A DNA stretch of 33,569 nt from Myxococcales bacterium (lineage in GTDB: Bacteria > Myxococcota_A > Polyangia > Polyangiales > JADJMO01), in NCBI GenBank assembly GCA_021783935.1, contig JAJXTK010000002.1, positions 1 to 33,569 of the forward strand. Direction: 5' to 3'. Of this stretch, positions 1 through 9,492 are shown in pieces. The position numbers were made by a program, and so were the translations under genes. Within the stretch, counting starts at the first letter, position 1. Every line of letters starts with the position of its first letter. The notes beneath the pieces are model-generated. The model searched no databases, was not told the origin of the DNA, and worked only from the letters and a program-made list of their open reading frames with translations.

Positions 1-126
1 ACGAGCCCGCCGGCGGCTCCCCCGCGGCGCGTGCCGGGGGGAGCGAGCGGAGCTCCCCCGCCGCGCCCGGTGCCTCGCGTGAGCTGACCCCGGACCCCTT
101 TCGAACCCCAGACAGGAGACCCCGCC

Positions 127-627
127 ATGGACCTGCACCCTGACCCGATCCCCGAGAACACTGACCCCGAAGCGGCCGCGATCGTCGCCGCTCTCGCCGA
201 CGATCGCGACGAGATCCTCGAAGCCATCGAGGCCGCCGAGGCCGCGACGATCGCCGAGGAGCGAGGCGACCAGCTGCTCCGCTGGGCTGCCGTCCGCGCG
301 CGCTATGCGCGCGACGAGGACGAGGCGCCCGAGGACGCCGAGCCCGAGCCGCCGCAGGAGCCGGCGCCGCCCGAGCGGCGCGACGAGATCGGCGCGGACG
401 GAGCGCCGCTCGCGCTCGCCGACCTGCAACGCTGGTTGCTCGCGACGGCGCGGCTGGGATGCGACGCCTACGTCGAGTCCGAGCTTCCGGCGGGGCTGCG
501 CTCGTCGATGACCGGCCGGGTGACGTCCGTTGGCCGCGAGCGCTTCGGCCTTCGCCTTCGCGGCGTCGACCGTATCTTCCGGTTGGAATACGTGACCTAC
601 GGCCGGCGCGTGTCGAGGCGGCCGTGA
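127..627 (+). CDS. Hypothetical phage-associated protein (166 aa, acidic N-terminal half); small terminase is possible from position only
   Basis: ATG preceded by AGGAG (cagacaggagaccccgccATG). High third-position G+C throughout. The stop overlaps the next start (GTGA at 624-627). Confidence 0.55.
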   Translation: MDLHPDPIPENTDPEAAAIVAALADDRDEILEAIEAAEAATIAEERGDQLLRWAAVRARYARDEDEAPEDAEPEPPQEPAPPERRDEIGADGAPLALADLQRWLLATARLGCDAYVESELPAGLRSSMTGRVTSVGRERFGLRLRGVDRIFRLEYVTYGRRVSRRP

Positions 628-917
628 GCAGCCGGCACGCCCAGCATGAGGCACGCGTCGAGGAGCTGCGCGCCGAGACGGCGGCGCTCGCGAGGGCGCG
701 GATCGTCGGCACGCTCTCGCTCGGGAGCGGCGAGCCGGTGCGCATCGAGCTTCGGGACGGCCGCGTGCTGCTCGGTGACCTCGTGCGCTTCGATGGCGAG
801 CGCGCCGCGGTTCGGCCGTGGGGGGTGAAGTCGGTGCGCCGCGTGCGGGTCGAGGAGATCAGGCACGCGCGGACCGCGTACGCCGAGCGTCACGCGCACG
901 AGAGGGGGAACCGATGA
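624..917 (+). CDS. Hypothetical protein (~97 aa)
   Basis: An in-frame GTG at 624 overlaps the upstream TGA, and its own TGA overlaps the terminase ATG (ATGA at 914-917). This translational coupling favours it over the longer 459 start in the ORF track. Confidence 0.5.
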   Translation: MSSRHAQHEARVEELRAETAALARARIVGTLSLGSGEPVRIELRDGRVLLGDLVRFDGERAAVRPWGVKSVRRVRVEEIRHARTAYAERHAHERGNR

Positions 918-2626
918 TCGCGAAGCGCGAGGCGCAGGGGCCCGGCCCCGGCGGCGTCATCGGCGCGACGCCCTACCAGGTCGCGCTGTTCGCGGGCTTG
1001 CGCCCGAGCGCGGCCCAGTCCGCGGTGCTCAAGGTGCTCGGGGGCGAGGAGCTCACGGTGGCGGAGCTCGCGGCGTGGCGGTTGCTCACGGGGCAGCGCA
1101 GGCCACCGCGGCCCGAGGGCTACCGCGAGGTGTTCGCCGAAAAAGGCAGGCGCGCCGGCTGGACCACGCACGTCGCGGCTCCCTTCGCGGTGTCGGCGCT
1201 GCTGGTCTCGCCGGCGAAGTTGAACACGCGGCTCGCGCCCGGCGAGGTCGCCCGCGTGCTGCTCTTCGGGCCCGAGCTCCAGCACACACGGCAGTTGCAG
1301 GATGCGACGGCGGGGATCCTCGACCGGCTGCAAGTGCGCTTCACGCGGCGCGACGGGGAGATCGATCTCGCACCGGCCGGCCTGAGGACGATCGCGCTCG
1401 CAACGGTGGCGGATCATCAGGCGCCGAGATCTGGAACCGCCGCGGCCGCGATCATCGACGAGCCGTTTTTTTTGCCGTTCGACGAAGGCGCCGACGGCTA
1501 CGACGTCGAGCTCTTCGCGGCGATCCGGCCGGCGACGGCGACGCTCGTCGGCTTGCTCCGCACGAACCTGCTCGCCGGGGGCTCGCCCTGGACCACGCGC
1601 GGGGTAGCGCACGACATGGTTCGCAAGCACCTCGGCAAGGTCGACGGCCCGGTGTGCGCGCTGCACGGCAGCACGTGGACCTGGAACGAGACGCTCTCCG
1701 AAACGTCTACGCGGCAACTTGAGGAAGACGAAAATCGGTGGCGGCGCGAGTACCTAGCGGTCGCGAGCGAGAGCGAGAGCGCGTGGATCGCTCGGCGTGA
1801 CGTCGTCGACGCGGTCGATCGCGGGGTCGACGAGCGAGCTGCGCGCGACGGCGTGATCTACGTGATCGCGATCGACGTCGCGTTTCGATCCGACCGCTTC
1901 GCGATCGTGGTCGCGCATCGCGAGCTTCGGGTCCGCGAGGGCGGTCCTCCGAGCGACGTCGTGGTGATCGACCTGGTGCGCGTCGCCACGCCAGCGCCTG
2001 GACAGCGTCTCGATTTCGACGAGCTCATGCAGCGGGTCGCGAACATCTCGCGCCGCTACAACAACGCGAAGATCGTCCGCGACGCGTTCAGCGGCGACGC
2101 CGTCGACCACGCGCTCCGCACGCGCGGCTGCCGCTCCGAAGAGATGCCGATGAACGCGGCCGCGCAAACTCGGCGCTGGACCCTCGTGCAATCAAAGTTC
2201 CGCAGCGGTGGCGTGCGCCTCGTCGACAGCGAGATCGCGGTTCGCGAGCTCGTCGACTTGCGCGCGAAGATGCACGCCGCAGGGAGGATCGAGGTCGCGG
2301 CGCCAAGCCGGCGGGGCTCGCATGATGACGTCGCCGACAGCATCGCGCTCGCGATCGACGCCGTGCGGGACATCCCGGCGACGGGCGGGACGATCGAGAA
2401 CGACGTGCGGATCTGGCGCGACGAGGAGGGGGTCCGCATCGAGAGCACGTGGTTCAGCACGAAGCGCGCCGTCGGTGGCGGTTACGTGCGCGTGCCGTGT
2501 GCGCCGCCGCTCGGCACGCCGGCGGGCGACGAGGCGCTCGAAGAGCGACAGGCCCGCGGCCAGTGGATCGAGGGCGATCCGCCGCTGCCGCGCGGGCCGA
2601 GCCTGAGCGCGCGCGTGCGCGAGTGA
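914..2626 (+). CDS. terL: Phage terminase large subunit (ATPase + RNase H-like nuclease)
   Basis: ATG at 914 follows a GAGAGGGGGA RBS. It has a deviant Walker A, KGRRAGWT, with the same pattern as lambda GpA KSARVGYS (recalled from memory), and a Walker B hhhhDE (AAIIDEPFF). The C-terminal half has nuclease-like acidic motifs (VIAIDVAF..., HDDVADSIALAID). Confidence 0.7.
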   Translation: MIAKREAQGPGPGGVIGATPYQVALFAGLRPSAAQSAVLKVLGGEELTVAELAAWRLLTGQRRPPRPEGYREVFAEKGRRAGWTTHVAAPFAVSALLVSPAKLNTRLAPGEVARVLLFGPELQHTRQLQDATAGILDRLQVRFTRRDGEIDLAPAGLRTIALATVADHQAPRSGTAAAAIIDEPFFLPFDEGADGYDVELFAAIRPATATLVGLLRTNLLAGGSPWTTRGVAHDMVRKHLGKVDGPVCALHGSTWTWNETLSETSTRQLEEDENRWRREYLAVASESESAWIARRDVVDAVDRGVDERAARDGVIYVIAIDVAFRSDRFAIVVAHRELRVREGGPPSDVVVIDLVRVATPAPGQRLDFDELMQRVANISRRYNNAKIVRDAFSGDAVDHALRTRGCRSEEMPMNAAAQTRRWTLVQSKFRSGGVRLVDSEIAVRELVDLRAKMHAAGRIEVAAPSRRGSHDDVADSIALAIDAVRDIPATGGTIENDVRIWRDEEGVRIESTWFSTKRAVGGGYVRVPCAPPLGTPAGDEALEERQARGQWIEGDPPLPRGPSLSARVRE

Positions 2627-2708
2627 CGGGTGACGTCGAGCGCGGGCGCGGTGCCCGTCGGTGGTGGTGTGTTGGTTCGCGCCGATGGCGCGAGAAGGAG
2701 ACGAGACG

Positions 2709-3731
2709 ATGGCAACGCAGAACGAAACGAACAACGAGACGGCGCCCGCGCGGAAGTACCTGCTGACGCAGTCGCCGCCGGTGACGGGGACGATCGCGTC
2801 CGTCGACGCGATGATCGACGACTTCGCAGCGAGCGCGGCCGACTGCGGCCCGCGCCGCGGCATGGTCATGGAGATCGCGGCTGACGCGCGCACCTGTCGC
2901 AAGCAGATCACGTCAGCCGCGCGCATGTTCGGCCGCCGGCTCGACCGGGACGCGATCGCGCGCGCGACCTTCGCGCGAAAGGAGCGGCCCGACGCGGCGT
3001 GGTTCGCGCAGCTTCAGAGCACGCTTCGCGACTCGGTCGCCGAGAAGGTGAAGGACCAAGCCGACGCCGCCGCGAGCGAGCTCGTCGAGGACGCGCGCGC
3101 GTTCAATGCGGCGTACGAAGGCGACGAGGCAACCGCGCTTGGGCCGTCGGCCCTTCGCAACAAGGGCGCCGACTTGAGGGAGCTGATCCGCGGCGAGTCG
3201 GCGAAGGAAGGTGCGCGCGCTGCGGCCTCGTTCGCCGAGCCGTTCGGGACCTGGAAGGGGCTCGTCGCGCGCAACGACCCCGACGCGGATTTCTATGGCG
3301 ACGCGATCGAGAACATCGCGCTCGAAATCTCGCGCGCGAACCCCGCCGATCTCGCCAAGCGCCTCGGGTCGCAGCGGGTCACGGCGAGCGCGATCACCGC
3401 GGTGCGCTCGGGTGATCTGCAAAAGGAGCAGGCGATGGCGACGCAGTTCCTCGCGATGCTCCGCGAGCGCCGCGCGCAGAAGGTCCCGCCGCACGTCGCG
3501 GCGTGCCGCGTCGCCTGGGCGAAGCTGATCTCGATCTGGCCGCAGATCCTCGGCATGAACGCGTGGATGCTGGCGCCGTCGCAGATCGGCACCTCGGGGC
3601 CGCGCGTCGCCTACGATTTTCGAGACGAGCTCGCGGTCGACCCGCAGTGGCCGACGCGGCTGTTGCCGCCGTGGCCGCGCGGCATCCGGCTTCCGTGGTC
3701 GCCCGTCGCAGAGATCGGAGCAGGCACGTGA
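2709..3731 (+). CDS. Hypothetical protein (340 aa, predicted mostly helical)
   Basis: ATG at 2709 follows GAAGGAGACGAGACG. Good GC3 bias. The stop overlaps the next GTG (GTGA at 3728-3731). I recognise no motif. Confidence 0.55.
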   Translation: MATQNETNNETAPARKYLLTQSPPVTGTIASVDAMIDDFAASAADCGPRRGMVMEIAADARTCRKQITSAARMFGRRLDRDAIARATFARKERPDAAWFAQLQSTLRDSVAEKVKDQADAAASELVEDARAFNAAYEGDEATALGPSALRNKGADLRELIRGESAKEGARAAASFAEPFGTWKGLVARNDPDADFYGDAIENIALEISRANPADLAKRLGSQRVTASAITAVRSGDLQKEQAMATQFLAMLRERRAQKVPPHVAACRVAWAKLISIWPQILGMNAWMLAPSQIGTSGPRVAYDFRDELAVDPQWPTRLLPPWPRGIRLPWSPVAEIGAGT

Positions 3732-3901
3732 GCGCGCTCGCCGAGGTGTACCGCGCGCGCATGCGACGCGCCGATGCCGAGACGATCGCCGAGAAGGCGA
3801 GGTCGACCGGCTACATGCTCGCCGAGGTCAGAGACGTCGACGACGGGCACGCGCTGCTCGTCGTCGAGATGCTCCCGCGCGAGCCCGAGCTCGCCGAGTA
3901 G
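3728..3901 (+). CDS. Small hypothetical protein (~57 aa)
   Basis: An in-frame GTG overlaps the upstream stop. It is followed by the 14-bp GC palindrome GCCCGCGCGCGGGC just after its TAG. Confidence 0.4.
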   Translation: MSALAEVYRARMRRADAETIAEKARSTGYMLAEVRDVDDGHALLVVEMLPREPELAE

Positions 3902-4067
3902 CACAAGGGGCCCGCGCGCGGGCGCGTCGAGAGAGGGCGCGGCGGCCGAGCGCGCGTCGGGAGCGCGGGCGGCACCGTGCCGCTCGCCCCTGTCGTGGCT
4001 GCCCGCGCTCCCCTCGATCTAGGCCGGACCCATGCCGAACGCGTGAGGCCGGCGCATAGTTCAGCCC

Positions 4068-4265
4068 ATGGGCGAGCGGACGATGTTCCCCGAGGTGCTG
4101 CGTGACGGTCGCGTGCGCGTGATCGCCCGGGCCGAAGGTGACGGCGCCGTCGGTGACGCGGTCTGGTACGTGAGCCCGGGAGATCCCCGGTACGAGGAGC
4201 TCGTGCTCGAAGCGGCGAAGGTCCGCGAGGAACAAGACGAGCTCGCGCGGAAGATGGGCGCGTGA
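4068..4265 (+). CDS. Small hypothetical protein (65 aa)
   Basis: ATG ORF with consistent high GC3 codons. No clear RBS and no recognisable motif. Confidence 0.4.
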   Translation: MGERTMFPEVLRDGRVRVIARAEGDGAVGDAVWYVSPGDPRYEELVLEAAKVREEQDELARKMGA

Positions 4266-4444
4266 GGGGCGCACCGGGCGCGTAGCCGCTCCGCTGGCGC
4301 GTCACTGCCCCCCGGGCTGGCACGAGGTGCCCCCGGGCCGGCGGGCGCGTCTACGGGGCTCTGGCGCGTCGTGAGTGACGTATCGCGCGCGCGATGCCGC
4401 GGGGACATTCGGATCTTCAGTCGCCAGATCGGCGGGTGAGCAAA

Positions 4445-4468
4445 CGTTTGAAAAGCGCTTTTCAAACG
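4445..4468. promoter_or_regulatory. Perfect 24-bp palindrome CGTTTGAAAAGC|GCTTTTCAAACG, a candidate operator
   Basis: Read directly from the sequence. It is AT-rich within a GC-rich background and lies ~155 nt upstream of the RHH-like gene in the only sizeable non-coding gap of the element. Confidence 0.55.
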
Positions 4469-4585
4469 GAAAGGAACTTGCGGCTACGCGGCATGGTCCC
4501 GCGGCATGCGGCGTTTGAGCCGAGCCGGTTTGCACGGAAAAGAACTTGCGTGTGTGCCGTCTGATGCACCGGCTCCGCGGCATGG
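4466..4585. repeat. Direct-repeat set in the control region: a 17-mer x2 and CGCGGCATG x3
   Basis: ACGGAAAGGAACTTGCG (4466-4482) matches ACGGAAAAGAACTTGCG (4534-4550) at 16/17 positions. CGCGGCATG occurs at 4487, 4500 and 4576. A half-palindrome copy CGTTTGA occurs at 4512. Confidence 0.6.
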
Positions 4586-4621
4586 CTTGCGGTCCCCCGC
4601 GCTTGGTATATATCTAGACGC

Positions 4622-4942
4622 ATGCCGAGAACGCCGATCACGCCGCTGCGGCTGACACCCGAGGACCTGGAGGTGCTCGGCGAGGTGCTCCGGCGCACCG
4701 GCGCGGCATCTCTCGCCGATGGAGTGCGCATCGCGATCCGGCACTACGTCGCGACCACGCCGAAGGCGCGCACCACGAAGCGCGAGCCGCTCGGGTTCCA
4801 CAAGCCCGGCAAGGGCGAGACGAGCGACGAGATCGCGGCGAAGTTCGCCGACGCGATCATCGAGCACGCGAACCAGGACCGCGCGAAGAAGGGGCTCCCC
4901 CCGATCCCGCCGCGCACGAAGCGCACGAAGCGAACGAAGTAG
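4622..4942 (+). CDS. Small DNA-binding-like protein upstream of the integrase (RHH/CopG-like; excisionase or regulator candidate)
   Basis: The N-terminus PITPLRLTPEDLEVLGEVLRRTG...GVRIAIRHYV fits a strand-helix-helix pattern, and the tail is basic. TATATA/TATATC lies only ~8-15 nt upstream of the ATG, suggesting a leaderless or short-leader mRNA. The functional call rests on position plus pattern. Confidence 0.5.
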   Translation: MPRTPITPLRLTPEDLEVLGEVLRRTGAASLADGVRIAIRHYVATTPKARTTKREPLGFHKPGKGETSDEIAAKFADAIIEHANQDRAKKGLPPIPPRTKRTKRTK

Positions 4943-5077
4943 TCCCCAAAAAGTGGGGCCGGCGCGTGCAGCTAACACGCCCGACCCCGTGGCCCCTCTC
5001 CTCGTTTCCCTAGGAGCGAAGCATGCCGACCATCGCAATGAAGCCCAGCGCGCGCAACTTCACGTCGGAGGTGCGCG

Positions 5078-6571
5078 ATGCCGCGTAGGAAGCTGGACGA
5101 GCAGCCCGCGGCCCCTACCCCGCCGGCCGAGCCGAAGGCGCGAGGCGCGGGCGTCCGCCTTCGCGGCGTCGCCGACGGCGTCGCCTGGACCGTCTACGAC
5201 CACGTCGACGGCGGCGGCGAGCTCGCGTGGCGCGACGCCACGAACAAGCGCCGCAAGGCGCGCGTGCCCCCGAGCGTCTCGACGGACGCGCAGCTCAAGA
5301 CCTTCGCGACCGTCACGATTCGCACCGTGGTCCAGGAGGCCAAGCGCGCAGACGAGGCCAAGCCGGCGCAGCCGACGCGCCCGACGTTCAAGAGCTTCTC
5401 GATGCGATGGACGAGCGGCGAGCTCGCGCGCCTCTACCCCGACCACGTGAAGTTCAAGCGCACGTCGGCCGACGACGCGCAGCGGCTCGCGACGCACGTC
5501 TACGACCACTGCGGCGACGTCGCGCTCGAAGACTTCACGCTCGCCGACGCCGAGCGCGTGATGCAGAAGCTCCCCGCGACGCTCGCACCGGCGACGCGCC
5601 GACAGGTCGCGCAGCTCCTACACCGCGTGCTCCGGCTCGCGGTCTATCCGGCGCGCATCATCGCGGCGAACCCGCTCCCCAGCGGCTTCTTGCCGAAGGC
5701 CGGCAAAGGCAAGGCGCACGGCTACTTGTACCCGAGCGAGGACTCGAAGCTCCTCGCGCACAAGCCGACCGATCTCGGGCTCCGCATGCTGCTCGGGTTC
5801 CTCGCCCGCGAGGGCATGCGCGCGAGCGAGGCGTGCGGGCTGACGTGGGACTCGATCGACCTCGAACACGGCGCCGTCACGCTCGACGAGAACAAGACCG
5901 ATGACGCGCGCTCGTGGCCGATGGACCCGGGCGTGCGCGCGGCGCTCGCGATCTGGAAGAACATCGCGCCGAAGCCCAAGGCCAAGCCGGGCGAGACGAT
6001 CGACCCCGAGACGCTGCACGTCTTCGTCGACGAGGACGCCAAGCCCTACGACCCCGCGCGGTCGAACCTCGCCGAGCGGCTGCGCGCCGAGCTCAAGGCC
6101 GCGGGCGTCGAACGCGCGCAGCTCTTCGAGACAACGGCGACGAGACAGCAGCTGCGCGCCCACGACCTCCGCGCGACGTTCGTGACCCTCGCGCTCGCGA
6201 GCGGGAAGAGCGAGTCATGGGTCGCCGACAGGACCGGCCACAAGAGCTCGGCCATGATCTCGCGCTACAAGCGCGCCGCGCGGACCGTCGCCGAGCTCGG
6301 GCTAGGCACGCTGCGTCCCCTCGTCGACGCGATCCCCGAGCTCGCCGCGTTGAAGCCGAAGGCCGAGAAGCGCGAGGCCCGTGCAAGCCGTCGGCGACGT
6401 CGCGCGGACGCACCGCGTCGTCGAGCAGTTGTCTCGCGTCTTGTCTCGCGAGACAGATCGGCGAGACAACAAAAGCCGAAAACCCCCGGAATCTCCGAGG
6501 GTTTCATGGTGGGCCAGGAGAGACTTGAACTCTCAGCCAACGGATTAAGAGTCCGCTGCTCTACCAATTGA
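5078..6571 (+). CDS. int: Tyrosine recombinase / phage integrase; the ORF tail overlaps tRNA-Lys on the opposite strand
   Basis: The C-terminal catalytic region reads ...LREGMRASEACGL..., HDLRATFVTLALASGKSESWVADRTGHKSSAMISRYKR (R...HxxR...H...Y). There is no in-frame stop until 6571, so the last ~22 codons (6507-6571) are antisense to the tRNA-Lys gene. Confidence 0.9.
   Translation: MPRRKLDEQPAAPTPPAEPKARGAGVRLRGVADGVAWTVYDHVDGGGELAWRDATNKRRKARVPPSVSTDAQLKTFATVTIRTVVQEAKRADEAKPAQPTRPTFKSFSMRWTSGELARLYPDHVKFKRTSADDAQRLATHVYDHCGDVALEDFTLADAERVMQKLPATLAPATRRQVAQLLHRVLRLAVYPARIIAANPLPSGFLPKAGKGKAHGYLYPSEDSKLLAHKPTDLGLRMLLGFLAREGMRASEACGLTWDSIDLEHGAVTLDENKTDDARSWPMDPGVRAALAIWKNIAPKPKAKPGETIDPETLHVFVDEDAKPYDPARSNLAERLRAELKAAGVERAQLFETTATRQQLRAHDLRATFVTLALASGKSESWVADRTGHKSSAMISRYKRAARTVAELGLGTLRPLVDAIPELAALKPKAEKREARASRRRRRADAPRRRAVVSRLVSRDRSARQQKPKTPGISEGFMVGQERLELSANGLRVRCSTN
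6428..6470. repeat. Symmetric array of four TGTCTCGC octamers (two forward, two reverse) inside the integrase 3' tail
   Basis: GTTGTCTCGC (6428-6437) pairs with GCGAGACAAC (6461-6470). They flank the perfect 14-bp palindrome TGTCTCGCGAGACA (6442-6455). Confidence 0.6.
6480..6504 (-). terminator. Intrinsic terminator hairpin downstream of tRNA-Lys
   Basis: On the minus strand, AAACCCUCGG-AGAUU-CCGGGGGUUU forms a 10-bp stem with one G-U pair, followed by UCGGCUUUUGUUG. It starts 3 nt after the tRNA CCA. Confidence 0.55.
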
Positions 6572-6582
6572 GCTACTGGCCC
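6507..6582 (-). tRNA. tRNA-Lys (anticodon CTT), CCA encoded
   Basis: Hand-folded cloverleaf: GGGCCAG/CTGGCCC acceptor, GCTC-AATTGGTA-GAGC D arm, anticodon loop CTCTTAA, GAGAG-TTCAAGT-CTCTC T arm, discriminator A and CCA. Confidence 0.9.
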
Positions 6583-6610
6583 GACACGTCACGACCACTG
6601 AGACTAGCTG

Positions 6611-6684
6611 CGCGCTCGGCCCGATTCGAACGGGCGACCAACGGATTCGAAGTCCGACGCTCTATCCAGCTGAGCTACGAGCGC
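6611..6684 (-). tRNA. tRNA-Arg (anticodon TCG), no encoded CCA
   Basis: Hand-folded cloverleaf: GCGCTCG/CGAGCGC acceptor, GCTC-AGCTGGATA-GAGC D arm, anticodon loop CTTCGAA, GCCCG-TTCGAAT-CGGGC T arm, discriminator G. Confidence 0.88.
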
Positions 6685-6840
6685 CCGTCGCGTGTCGCCC
6701 GAGCTTGCCCGAGCGCCGACGGCGAGTTCGCCGCCGTTGGTAGAGGCGGACGTTTACGCATCAGGGCAGCTCGTGTCAAACGGAATTCGACGCCGGCGCC
6801 GGACCTTGCCGTGACGACCTGGGCGGACGAGCGTACGTGC

Positions 6841-7923
6841 ATGCCCCACGACGCGCCCCCGCTCGGCGCAGACGTCGTCTCGCTCACGCAGTGGCTCTGC
6901 GAAGTCCCCTCGCCGACAGGCGAGGAGCGCGCGCTCTGCGACGCCCTCGTCGAGCGCACGGCGCGCGTGGGCGCGGCGGGATCGGCCGTGCGGCTGCTGA
7001 GCTCCTTCGCCTTGCCGCTCACGCGGGGCACCGGCGGGCCGCGCGTCGCCCTCGTCGGCCACCTCGACGTCGTCGACACCGCGCACGACGGCCCGCCGCG
7101 CATCGAGGGCAACCGGCTCTACGGCGCCGGCGCGGCCGACATGAAGAGCGGCGTCGCGCTGATGCTCGCGCTCGCCGAGGACCGCGCCTGCTGGCCCAAG
7201 GCCGACGTGACGCTGATCTTCTACGCGCGCGAGGAGGGCCCCTTCGACGAGAACGAGCTCGGGCCGCTCCTCGAGCAGCACCCGGAGCTCGCCCGGCAGG
7301 ACCTCGCGATCTGCCTCGAGCCGTCCTACGGCAAGCTGCAGCTCGGGTGCGTCGGCTCGCTCCACGCGCGGGTCGTCGTGCGCGGCCGCACCGCGCACTC
7401 GGCGCGCCCGTGGCAAGGCGAGAACGCGATCCAGCGCGCGTGGACGCTGCTGCGTGACCTCGACGCGCGCGCCCCGCTCGAGGCCACGATCGACGGGATG
7501 ACCTACCGCTCGGTGGTGAGCGCCACCATGGCGAGCGGCGGGCGCGGGCGCAACGTGATCCCCGACAGCTTCGAGCTGAACCTGAACTACCGGTTCTTGC
7601 CCGGCACGACGATCGAACAAGCGGAGCGCGATCTGCGCGCGCTGGTGGGCGATCGCGCGGAGGTCGAGATCACCGACCGCTCGCCGAGCGCGCCGCCGTG
7701 GCGATCGCATCCGCTGGTCGGCAAGCTCGTCGAGGCGGGCGTGCACGGGGTCGAACCGAAGCAGGCGTGGACCGACGTCGCGCGCTTCTCGGCGATGGGC
7801 GTGCCGGCCGTGAACTGGGGCCCCGGCGATCAGGACCAGGCGCACCAGCGAAACGAGCACACCTCCGTCAGCGGCCTGCGCGACGGCCTCGCGATCCTCA
7901 AGCGGTTCCTCGCGAGCCTCTGA
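6841..7923 (+). CDS. dapE: M20-family metallopeptidase, succinyl-diaminopimelate desuccinylase-like
   Basis: Motifs [45 protein letters not shown] and [16 protein letters not shown]. The ~360 aa size matches short actinobacterial-type DapE. ATG 6841 was chosen because the longer track ORF would run through both tRNA genes. Confidence 0.8.
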   Translation: MPHDAPPLGADVVSLTQWLCEVPSPTGEERALCDALVERTARVGAAGSAVRLLSSFALPLTRGTGGPRVALVGHLDVVDTAHDGPPRIEGNRLYGAGAADMKSGVALMLALAEDRACWPKADVTLIFYAREEGPFDENELGPLLEQHPELARQDLAICLEPSYGKLQLGCVGSLHARVVVRGRTAHSARPWQGENAIQRAWTLLRDLDARAPLEATIDGMTYRSVVSATMASGGRGRNVIPDSFELNLNYRFLPGTTIEQAERDLRALVGDRAEVEITDRSPSAPPWRSHPLVGKLVEAGVHGVEPKQAWTDVARFSAMGVPAVNWGPGDQDQAHQRNEHTSVSGLRDGLAILKRFLASL

Positions 7924-7958
7924 GCGCGCCCAGCGCGCTTCCGCTATCGTGCGCGCCG

Positions 7959-9050
<1,092 letters not shown>

Positions 9051-9069
9051 TGGAGCTCATCGGGGCGCG

Positions 9070-9492
9070 TCACGAGCTCGCCGCGCGCAGCGACACATGG
9101 CGGCGCGAGGGGGGCGGCGCCTGGCTCCCTTCGAGGGCCTTGGCGACCGTCTCGAGCAGGACCGCGATGTCGAACGGCTTCGAGAGGGCCAGCCGCACGC
9201 CCGACGAGCGCGCGTCCCAGTCCATGAAATCGGGGTCGGCCGAGCACGCGATGAGCGGCGGCGGCGCCGAGCAGACGCGCCAGACCTCCGCCACGAACTC
9301 GTCGCCCCGCATCTCCGGCATCCAGAAGTCGAAGAGGATGGCGTCGGGCCGCTCCTGCCGCAGCACGTCGATCGCCTCGTGCCCGCTCGTCGCGACCGTC
9401 ACGCGGTAGCCCTCCGGCTCCAGCGCCGCGCGCACGACCGTGAGCATGTCGAGGTCGTCGTCGACGACGAGAACGTGAGGTTGCGACTCCAT
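9070..9492 (-). CDS. Stand-alone response-regulator receiver domain (CheY-like)
   Basis: VLVVDDD acidic pocket, a phospho-acceptor Asp in ILFDFWMPEM, and a conserved Lys in SKPFD. It is 140 aa with no output domain, and no adjacent histidine kinase is present in the window. Confidence 0.8.
   Translation of the reverse strand: MESQPHVLVVDDDLDMLTVVRAALEPEGYRVTVATSGHEAIDVLRQERPDAILFDFWMPEMRGDEFVAEVWRVCSAPPPLIACSADPDFMDWDARSSGVRLALSKPFDIAVLLETVAKALEGSQAPPPSRRHVSLRAASS

Larger units (their letters stand above)
1..6582. mobile_element. Right-hand portion of an integrated phage-like element (prophage or remnant); left end lies outside the window, right end at tRNA-Lys
   Basis: All genes are co-oriented on the + strand with 4-nt start/stop overlaps. 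A large terminase, an RHH-like small gene and a tyrosine integrase sit directly against the 3' end of a tRNA gene, which is a classic att position. Confidence 0.6.

Noticed and set aside
1-87. An open frame from the window start to TGA 85-87 (TSPPAAPPRRVPGG...), as the 3' end of an upstream gene.
   Set aside because: It is too short and too low in complexity to support. It may be real, but that cannot be judged from 29 codons.
6568-6840. The N-terminal 91 codons of the 451-aa track ORF preceding dapE.
   Set aside because: This stretch runs across both tRNA genes. The M20 homology begins only after ATG 6841.
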